64,000 nt of DNA, from IMG/VR virus record IMGVR_UViG_3300008259_005066, positions 1 to 64,000 of that record; one strand, 5' to 3'. The notes below the pieces were generated by a model. It saw only the letters and a list, made by a program, of their open reading frames with translations, had not been told where the DNA came from and ran no database searches. This document shows, one piece after another, positions 1 through 7,685 of this stretch. The translations under genes were made by a program, and so were the position numbers. Position 1 is the stretch's first letter, and every line of letters starts with the position of its first letter.

Positions 1-603
1 TTCTGTGACACGGATATCAGTCCTATGATACTCGTCTGCCTTTCCTGATGGATCCACGTGCCAGGCATAGAACTTAGACCATGGATAATCTTGTTTGAGG
101 CTAAGAAAAGCATTTAAATTGGGCACAGAATCATCATACATGATGATCTTGTCGTAGTGTTCTTTGCCCAAGAGATGTTGTAGTATGATCTTTTTCTTTT
201 CTTCTGTGGCGGCTTTGATGTTCAAGTTACCAGCACGATACACATGCACTTTTGACATGTCAATGCCATACTGGCGGAATGTGTCCAGGAAAACTTCTCG
301 GTCATTGAAGTCCGAGCGGGCAGTAAGCATGATCACTTTGTTGCCCGTGGCGATGTCTTGTTTGAGTTGGCGGATCATGCCGGGTATGGGCCGGGCCTGT
401 GTGTAGAATTCGCGGGCATCACGGAAAGCACCAAAGTCAAACTCTTCACCGGGCTGTAAGTGATAGTGCGTGAAATCGTGACTGTTGAGTTGCTTCACGA
501 TCCGGCCATCTCGCACCACATTGACCTTGGTGTCTGTGTTGACCAGGGTATCGTCGATGTCAAAGATGACTAGTTTGGAATTAGCGAATTCTTGTGCTCT
601 CAT
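1..603 (-). CDS. HAD-superfamily phosphatase (3'-partial, runs off the window; missing from the ORF track)
   Basis: Manual translation from ATG at 603 is open to base 1: MRAQEFANSKLVIFDIDDTLV...MLTARS...IIMYDDS, i.e. HAD motif I (DxDxT), motif II (T) and motif IV (DD). ATGA overlap with the upstream gene. Confidence 0.85.
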   Translation of the reverse strand, partial: MRAQEFANSKLVIFDIDDTLVNTDTKVNVVRDGRIVKQLNSHDFTHYHLQPGEEFDFGAFRDAREFYTQARPIPGMIRQLKQDIATGNKVIMLTARSDFNDREVFLDTFRQYGIDMSKVHVYRAGNLNIKAATEEKKKIILQHLLGKEHYDKIIMYDDSVPNLNAFLSLKQDYPWSKFYAWHVDPSGKADEYHRTDIRVTE

Positions 604-998
604 ATCATCATCTCTGGTAATGTTTCCAAGTTGGCTTTAATCTTGGCAAAGTTCATCATATATCGGTTGACAAAGTTGGCATAGCCGGCAGGATCTCGGG
701 CTTCCCAATCTGCCAATCTTTCTTTCATTGCTGTGTATTCTTCATTAAATGCCACAGCATTGTCGCTTTTACTTTTCCAAAGCCGTTTGACTGTTTCTTC
801 TAGTTCTCGGGTGTTGGGGTTGTTGGGATAGTGTTTTTTACATATCACCCACAACATGGCAGCCGAGTTGATAATCTTGGTGATGTTCCGATCGGATTGA
901 GCCTGTGCCGATCCCAATGCCGCAGAGCCAGCCACGGCACCTGCACCACGCAAGAAGTCTCTGCGAGTGATTTCGACTAATAATTCTTGTGCTCTCAT
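600..998 (-). CDS. Hypothetical protein with twin-arginine (Tat) signal peptide
   Basis: MRAQELLVE-ITRRDFLRGAGAVAGSAALGSAQA matches S/T-R-R-x-F-L, then a hydrophobic stretch and an AxA site. Confidence 0.75.
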   Translation of the reverse strand: MRAQELLVEITRRDFLRGAGAVAGSAALGSAQAQSDRNITKIINSAAMLWVICKKHYPNNPNTRELEETVKRLWKSKSDNAVAFNEEYTAMKERLADWEARDPAGYANFVNRYMMNFAKIKANLETLPEMMI

Positions 999-1579
999 AG
1001 GCTGTAGGGGTCCATTATCACTAGATGTCCATCACTGCGGCGGCGAAGGTTCTCTATCTGGCTGAGATCCAATGGTGCCTGGCCGCCCAAGGCTTGTTCT
1101 AATTTCAGCGTAGTATTTACTAAACCCACGATGTCATCACGATCCAGTTCTTTAGGAGCAGGATTGTTCTTCATGAACTCCTGCACACGATCACGTCCGC
1201 GTGCCACTGCTGACATGAGATTTTCTAGATAGTCCAGCGTGGCTTCTTCGTTGGCCACATAGTCTAGATATTCCATCTCATACACAAAATATGTTTCTCC
1301 ATCTACTTCAAAATCACCCACGTTGTAAATCCTGGGAATATAAGGATCGTTCTGATTGTTGACGAAAAATTTCACGTAGTTTTTTACTATCTGTTCGCGC
1401 TCATCTTCACCTATGCCCAAGACTTTGAGTATGGTGTTTCTGGGACTCAACAAGGCTATCTGATCGCGTCCTTCGCCGGCCAACTGATAGCCGCGATCAA
1501 AAAAATAGTTTTGTATGCGGTCGCTCACTGATAACTCATCGGGAAAGTTTACTTCTGAGATAAATTCCTGAGATCGCAT
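995..1579 (-). CDS. Protein-kinase-like (PKL/APH fold) protein
   Basis: Gly loop GEGRDQIA, ILKV lysine, YEMEYL hinge, DLSQIEN catalytic-loop-like and VIMDP metal-binding-like motifs. The D-to-N spacing is one residue longer than canonical. Confidence 0.6.
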   Translation of the reverse strand: MRSQEFISEVNFPDELSVSDRIQNYFFDRGYQLAGEGRDQIALLSPRNTILKVLGIGEDEREQIVKNYVKFFVNNQNDPYIPRIYNVGDFEVDGETYFVYEMEYLDYVANEEATLDYLENLMSAVARGRDRVQEFMKNNPAPKELDRDDIVGLVNTTLKLEQALGGQAPLDLSQIENLRRRSDGHLVIMDPYSL

Positions 1580-4500
1580 TATCTCAACTCTGGAACGACT
1601 TCTACAGGATCATCAAATCTAGTGCGTTGGACCCATTGTTGTGCCACACGATTGGCATCGCCTTGACTGTTGCCTATGCCACTGAATGTGTAAACCACTT
1701 CTCCGGTATTGGCATTACGAACTTGCCACTGTCCTGAGAATTCGCCCTGTGTTGATGTGGCAACAGGTTCTCGATTGCGCCGCCAGGCTGGTGGCTGTTG
1801 GGGGTGTGCAGATATCTGTATGACATCTCGACCTTGCATTTGCAACGCATCTAGCACATTCTGTCTGGCTGCTTCGGCACTGGCAGCATCAATGTTCAAA
1901 GAATCACTGGTTACTGTTCCATTCCTGCGCTCATCCCACATCACACGATAGTGTCCGGCGTCTGATACTGCGCCTGCGGGTTGAGGCTCACCTATGCGGG
2001 CCTGTATCTGTTCACGATCTCGCTCATTGTCTGCGGCCACTGCCGGTGTGACCTTGGGTTCTTTGAGGCGTTTGGCCACTTGAGCACGTGGACTCAGTTT
2101 CTTTTCTGGCTCAGGAGTGTCATCGGGCCTGCGATATATCTCCCAATCGTCGGAGAGTCGATCCCCATACTCTGCCTGGACCTTTTGTTTGGCGCTGTCA
2201 AAATCTCTGGCTCTCACAGTGAGTATGATGTCACCGTAGGAATCCTTGACATCATACCAGGGTTGTTTCTTACGGATGTCCAAATTGCGCCATTCGGGTG
2301 TGTTGCCATACTTGTCCTGGGCTTTCATATAGGCAGTGTCATATTCATCAGCATAGAAAGAGTCGATCACTCCATCCGGACCAGACTTGCGCTGATCATA
2401 CACTTCCCACTCTTCTTGACCAGTGGTGGGTATCTCTTTCTGGAGCACAGCATTGGCCCACTGTTTCTTGAGTTCTTCTGGAGTTATGGTGCCAGCGGCA
2501 AATTGAGAAAATAACTTGAGACCGTCATCCTGTGCACCAGGTGAGATCAGTTTATAGAGTTTCTTGGCATACTCTCGACGTTCCAGGCTGGGGCTGCCTG
2601 CGATCTGCATGGCCCGAGCAAAACGCAACATGGTATTGCGGATGTCATCATATTCACCGCGACTCTCCATGCTCAAATAATCACCACCAGGGCTACGGAA
2701 CTCGATGTAGCCGTCCTGGATGTGTGCGGAAGTATACTTGCTGTCTCCCACACCGTTCTGCACATAACGAGCAGCCAGTTCAATGAGATTTTTCTGCACC
2801 AGTTCTAGCGCACCCATGGGATCAAATCGGGCTTCAGTCAAGGTGCCACGGCGGCGTGCCACTCGCATGCTGTTGCGTAGTTTTTCCATGGCCGATGCCG
2901 CATAGGTGTTGGAAGCACGACCAAACTTGTCTAACACATATTCGTCGCCCATGAACAGCACCAATTTGACATAGTCTACGTCACCGCCCACATAGGGTAT
3001 AGAGATGCCCATGTGCAAGCCGGTGGACGAGTTGGTGTAGGCATCGGCTTCTGAGTTACCCCACTCAATGACCTGTTTTAATTTTTCCAGGGTTTCTGGC
3101 AAGGGCAAGGGCGGAGACACGATCTCCAGGCCCATTTCATCATCACGATCATCGGGATCTAGGCTGCCGTCGGGTTCGATGATCCATAGACCGGGCCGGC
3201 GTGTGGTTGAGTGATAGCCTGAACTCACTCTCACTGGCATGTCAATGGCACGCTGTAAACTGTCACCAATATCGCTCCACTCACGGCTGCCAGTGCCAGA
3301 GGAACCGCCGCTCCAGTAGGGCCAGTCAAGGCTTTCTTCGTTGGCGATGTCAGTCATGTAACCATAGCGGTCACGGAGGAAGTCGCGCTCGTCAAACTCG
3401 CCGCCTTCTCGCGTCATGTCCCAATAATATTCGCGAGCCGCATCGTAATATTCGCCTTGGCTTTCAAACTCATTGGTTATTTCTTCTTCGAATGCTTCGT
3501 AGGCCGCATCGGATGCTTGCTTGAATTTTTGGTATAATTCGTTGGATTGTGCATATTCATCTTGATCTGAACTCCGGGTGAATCTTGGTGCGCTGTCGCC
3601 GGCTTTCATTATAGCGGGCACTGCCTCGTCACCAAACATTTCCTCGACCTTGTCTTGGATACGGCTTTCGCGTTCTGAGTCATCGTCCCAGACGTTGGTC
3701 TCCATGTAGTCACGCACTTGATCTTCGGCATTCTCGTCCCAACTCTCGCTGATCTGTTCATCCACCCATTCCGTATAGGCTTCCCACAGGCTTTCTCGTA
3801 GATTCCTGGCGCCTTGGCGACTCAAACCATAGCCATAGTCATCATTGGAGAAGAAGTCTATGACATGGTCGATGTCATCGGGCCGCTCATCGTAGTCGTA
3901 GTCAGGTTCTTGATCGTAGTCTTCATCTTCGTCACGGCGGGTATCACGGAAGATCATTTCTGCTTCAAAGCCAGCACGTATACCTTCGGCTTCAGGTGAT
4001 CGTGCCCAGGCTTCCAAGGCCCCGGGCGACATCTTGACTTCCATGAGATCTTCGTCTTCTTTGACTTCGATATTGACGAATCTTGGATTGCCAGTGCTCG
4101 ATGGTGTTTTTTTCTTTGGTCGGTCTTGTGGTCTTTGTCGTTTCTGGGCCTGCCCTTGATATGGATCTATTTTTTGTCGTGGGTCTGGCACGGCAGGAGT
4201 CACGGGATTGACTGCTTCAAACACTCCAGTCTCTTTGTATTCCTTCAAGGCATTGGCCAAGTTCTTGATCAACAGTGCAGGACGTCCTTGGCTGTCGGTC
4301 TGCAATCCCAACTTGTTGGCTTCCTTGCCTACCTGTCCAGGTCGGATGTCCACTGTGAGTGCTGTTTTGAAACGTGGATCTCGGGCCTGCTTCTTGGTGG
4401 GGATGTATCCTGCGGCATCTTCGGCCACTTTACCTTGTATTTTCTGTTGTAGACGATAGGTCTTGATGAATTCTTGTTCCGAGCGTGTCAAAGGACGACC

Positions 4501-6678
4501 TGTCGTGGCCTTGCCCATGACAAACTTGTAGTAATCTTCGCGATCCTTTTGGCTGCGACTCACAGGCGTCTGTATGGATTCTCTGCGCGGTGCAGGACCT
4601 TCTATGGCCACCATGGCACGGAATGTGTTGCCCATCTGGTCGGCTTCATAATCCACAACTTTCCAACCGCCGGGGCCCAGTGTGATAGGACCATGCTGTT
4701 GTTGTGCGCGGTTGATGGCATTTTCCAGGGCCTGTCGATAGGCTTCTTCTGCTGATGCAGCCGCGGCGTTTGACGCAACACGCTCACCTTGCGGTCTAGG
4801 GCCACCATAGATCAACTTGCCACCCACACGTATTTCTCTGCTGCCACGTGCCATGTCTCGGGCTATGCCCTTGAGTTCTTCTTCAGCACCTGCACGGGTG
4901 AATATGCCCGAGGGTTGATATATCTGCTTGCCTATCTGATAGGCCGTGCGCCCCACATCCTGTGCCTGTGCTGGCTGTCCCAGTGCGGCAGCGGCTGCCA
5001 AGGCACCAGTGGCCAGTGTTTTTCCTAGACCCTCGTCTACATTGTAGGTAGGATCGGTCTTGACTTTTCGCATGCCAGCGGGTTGCCGGGGATCCTTGGG
5101 ATCGATGTCAGTGACATCTAGGCCCGTGGCTTCAAGATCTTTGATAAACTTATGTTCAGTTTCTTCATCGCCAAACGAGATTATGGAACTGGGCGGACCT
5201 GCACCAAAGTCATGCTTGCCCAAGCCTTTCATGTTGGAGATATGCTGTCCCAGTTTATACCAGTCATACACATCGCTCACATCTACCCTCACAGTGCCTG
5301 CGGGCATGGTAGGAGGGAATTCTGGTCCTGGTGGAGTCTGATCACCATAGTGTGCTTCGATGTCATCGTCTTCACCGGTAGCACCAGACTGTGCGGGTGA
5401 AAACTCCGTGAGTTGTTCTTCCACTGTTTCTGCGCCAAAGAATTCTGGATAACGATTTTGGAAATGGCGCATAATTATGCCGGCCTTGGCATTGGCTTCA
5501 TTTTCGTAGGGACTGCCAGTGCGACCCGCTGTGTCAGGCATGTCTCGGCCCAAGCGTTCATGCTGTTTGTAATGTGTGAGTTCATGTGCCACGGTGCGCA
5601 GGATGTCCATGATGTGGCGACCGTGCGTGGCCACCTCGATCATTTTCTTGTCATCTACATAATGGCCCATTGAATGGATGTGCTTGGTAAATTTTTCACC
5701 TTGCAAGATGATGCGAGGCAGTTGATCTAGTTTGAGATAGTGCGCGGCAAAATGCACGAAGCGTCGCACCACTTTGTCTATGGGTATGCTCTTGGCTTGG
5801 ACTTTGATCTCTGTGTCTTCGCGCACACTTTCTCCGCCCCCATCACCACCACCGTCTGCGGCTTCGGCGTCGCCGGTCTGACCATAATAACCATAGCCTG
5901 GATAATAGTATCCACCAAAAGAACCGTAACGGAATTTCTTTTTGGATTTTTTCTTTTTCTTTCGGCGCTCAGCCAGGCTCAGTTTTGAATCTTCTAGGCT
6001 GGCACGATGATCAAACAATCGCTTGACCAAGCCCTGTGTGCGCAGGATCTTGTAGGCCAGATTCTCAGGTCCGAACTCGCCATGTTCATCCAATCCGGCC
6101 TGCCGATATCGTTTTATCACGTCAGTGAGATTGGTGACTGTTTGGAGATCATCGCTGGTCAGTGCAAGCTCAATCAGGTCTCTGAGTTTTTCGTATTTTG
6201 CTTGGGTTGATTTTTCGTCGAGATTGCCTTGGCGTCGCACGGGAATACGAGTCCAGTCGTCACGCACGATGGAATACTCACCAAGGCTGCGAACAGGCTT
6301 GCCTGCGTCTTGCACATAGAGCTCGACGTCATAGCCTCTGATTTTTATATCGTGTTGATCGTTGTATTGATATTTCTTTGCGTTGAACAGCTCTTGATAT
6401 ACTTGGTCGGGATTGAGCTTGCTGAAATCTACTAAGAGATGCAGATCTATGTCGGAATGGGGAGTATAGGTGTATGCGGCATTGGATCCACTCACAGTGA
6501 TATCTTCCACTGCGAGATCACTGATGCCCAGGAATTCGCGGAAATCATCGGCGATTTTGATCAGGGCCTCACGCACTTCGGGACGCATGCGATCGCCGTC
6601 CCAGAGTGCAGGGTTTAATTCAGTGTGAAACTTTACCGCGTCCGACAGGCGGTAACTGTCTAATTCATTGATGTCCAT
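1579..6678 (-). CDS. 1699-aa multidomain protein: nucleotidyltransferase + zincin (HExxH) + putative amidoligase + C-terminal repeats
   Basis: GS-x10-DIDLH (pol-beta NTase) in residues 60-125; AHELTH at 364-369; GFEAE...W-x-I-x-PDGSL...EIVSPPL...NSSTGLHM...IEFR (COOH-NH2 ligase family). Confidence 0.8.
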   Translation of the reverse strand: MDINELDSYRLSDAVKFHTELNPALWDGDRMRPEVREALIKIADDFREFLGISDLAVEDITVSGSNAAYTYTPHSDIDLHLLVDFSKLNPDQVYQELFNAKKYQYNDQHDIKIRGYDVELYVQDAGKPVRSLGEYSIVRDDWTRIPVRRQGNLDEKSTQAKYEKLRDLIELALTSDDLQTVTNLTDVIKRYRQAGLDEHGEFGPENLAYKILRTQGLVKRLFDHRASLEDSKLSLAERRKKKKKSKKKFRYGSFGGYYYPGYGYYGQTGDAEAADGGGDGGGESVREDTEIKVQAKSIPIDKVVRRFVHFAAHYLKLDQLPRIILQGEKFTKHIHSMGHYVDDKKMIEVATHGRHIMDILRTVAHELTHYKQHERLGRDMPDTAGRTGSPYENEANAKAGIIMRHFQNRYPEFFGAETVEEQLTEFSPAQSGATGEDDDIEAHYGDQTPPGPEFPPTMPAGTVRVDVSDVYDWYKLGQHISNMKGLGKHDFGAGPPSSIISFGDEETEHKFIKDLEATGLDVTDIDPKDPRQPAGMRKVKTDPTYNVDEGLGKTLATGALAAAAALGQPAQAQDVGRTAYQIGKQIYQPSGIFTRAGAEEELKGIARDMARGSREIRVGGKLIYGGPRPQGERVASNAAAASAEEAYRQALENAINRAQQQHGPITLGPGGWKVVDYEADQMGNTFRAMVAIEGPAPRRESIQTPVSRSQKDREDYYKFVMGKATTGRPLTRSEQEFIKTYRLQQKIQGKVAEDAAGYIPTKKQARDPRFKTALTVDIRPGQVGKEANKLGLQTDSQGRPALLIKNLANALKEYKETGVFEAVNPVTPAVPDPRQKIDPYQGQAQKRQRPQDRPKKKTPSSTGNPRFVNIEVKEDEDLMEVKMSPGALEAWARSPEAEGIRAGFEAEMIFRDTRRDEDEDYDQEPDYDYDERPDDIDHVIDFFSNDDYGYGLSRQGARNLRESLWEAYTEWVDEQISESWDENAEDQVRDYMETNVWDDDSERESRIQDKVEEMFGDEAVPAIMKAGDSAPRFTRSSDQDEYAQSNELYQKFKQASDAAYEAFEEEITNEFESQGEYYDAAREYYWDMTREGGEFDERDFLRDRYGYMTDIANEESLDWPYWSGGSSGTGSREWSDIGDSLQRAIDMPVRVSSGYHSTTRRPGLWIIEPDGSLDPDDRDDEMGLEIVSPPLPLPETLEKLKQVIEWGNSEADAYTNSSTGLHMGISIPYVGGDVDYVKLVLFMGDEYVLDKFGRASNTYAASAMEKLRNSMRVARRRGTLTEARFDPMGALELVQKNLIELAARYVQNGVGDSKYTSAHIQDGYIEFRSPGGDYLSMESRGEYDDIRNTMLRFARAMQIAGSPSLERREYAKKLYKLISPGAQDDGLKLFSQFAAGTITPEELKKQWANAVLQKEIPTTGQEEWEVYDQRKSGPDGVIDSFYADEYDTAYMKAQDKYGNTPEWRNLDIRKKQPWYDVKDSYGDIILTVRARDFDSAKQKVQAEYGDRLSDDWEIYRRPDDTPEPEKKLSPRAQVAKRLKEPKVTPAVAADNERDREQIQARIGEPQPAGAVSDAGHYRVMWDERRNGTVTSDSLNIDAASAEAARQNVLDALQMQGRDVIQISAHPQQPPAWRRNREPVATSTQGEFSGQWQVRNANTGEVVYTFSGIGNSQGDANRVAQQWVQRTRFDDPVEVVPELR

Positions 6679-6686
6679 GGCACATC

Positions 6687-6696
6687 TATTTATTTA
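6687..6696 (-). promoter_or_regulatory. Tandem TAAATA late-promoter motif
   Basis: TAAATAAATA overlaps the upstream stop, 8 nt before the 1699-aa gene. Confidence 0.55.
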
Positions 6697-7634
6697 GATT
6701 GTGCTTTGGCCTTTTTTGCTTGAGGTTTGGTTTTGGCCACCACTTTGGCCTGCACAGGCACAGGTTGTGTGGGCACAGCGTCGGCGGCTGGCACAGCAAG
6801 TTTTTCATGCTGGCTGTAGTCGCTGGTCTGTGTGGTAGATACCGGTGTATTCACGGGTTGTGCCACTGGTAGCTGTCCGTTGCGTTCCATTTCTTCCTTG
6901 AGACTCTGATACAAGGCCGGTTGCACAGCATAGTCAAACACATAGGTTCCTGTGTGCTTGAGCAACACACGCTTGTCTACCCATACTTCGCCACCGAAAT
7001 CGCGCCAGTTTTCACAGAACGTCCAGTCTTCAGAATAGTAGCGATTTTCACGCACTGCTGTGTCAAAGTAGGTCTTCATGTGTGGATCAAGTTCTTTGGG
7101 CAGGCCGATATCATTGGCGAAAGTTTTCACAGCAGGATGGCGAGCGAGCTTTTCAAACACATGTCGCTTGATCAACATAAAGCCTGTGCCTGTTTTTGAT
7201 ACTTCCTGTAAGGGTCCTTCTTCTTTGGCACCTTCGAAGCCATTGACCACCCACTTAACGGGCATGGTCTTCATTGGGTATAAGCCACCAATGACGTCTT
7301 TGTCTGCGTTTAGTAGCACCAGCAAATGCCACGGTTCCCAACCAATGTCAGCATCCACGAACATCAAGTGTGTGCTGCCAGGAGTGTTCAAGAACTTGGC
7401 AACTAGAGTATTTCTAGCACGTGAAATCAATGATTCATTGGTCATGGTTTCTATAGTCCAGTCCAAGCCCAACTGTCGGCATGTGTTTGACCATTTGATA
7501 TAACTCATGAATGTAGACTCAGTGAGCTGGCCACCATAGCAGGGCATACAGAGATGCACACGCTGTTGGCGCAAGAAATCTACATTGACTTGGATCTGGG
7601 TCTGGCCCGGTTGTGGTTGCTGTTGTTCGCTCAT
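6690..7634 (-). CDS. GT-A fold glycosyltransferase-like protein
   Basis: MPCYGG, ESLISRARN, FVDADIGW (DxD), SEDW; low-complexity P/A/K tail. Confidence 0.7.
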   Translation of the reverse strand: MSEQQQPQPGQTQIQVNVDFLRQQRVHLCMPCYGGQLTESTFMSYIKWSNTCRQLGLDWTIETMTNESLISRARNTLVAKFLNTPGSTHLMFVDADIGWEPWHLLVLLNADKDVIGGLYPMKTMPVKWVVNGFEGAKEEGPLQEVSKTGTGFMLIKRHVFEKLARHPAVKTFANDIGLPKELDPHMKTYFDTAVRENRYYSEDWTFCENWRDFGGEVWVDKRVLLKHTGTYVFDYAVQPALYQSLKEEMERNGQLPVAQPVNTPVSTTQTSDYSQHEKLAVPAADAVPTQPVPVQAKVVAKTKPQAKKAKAQSK

Positions 7635-7685
7635 GGAGTCCTCTAAAATAATGTGCGTATATTTAGTCTAGCGATTGTAGCACGA

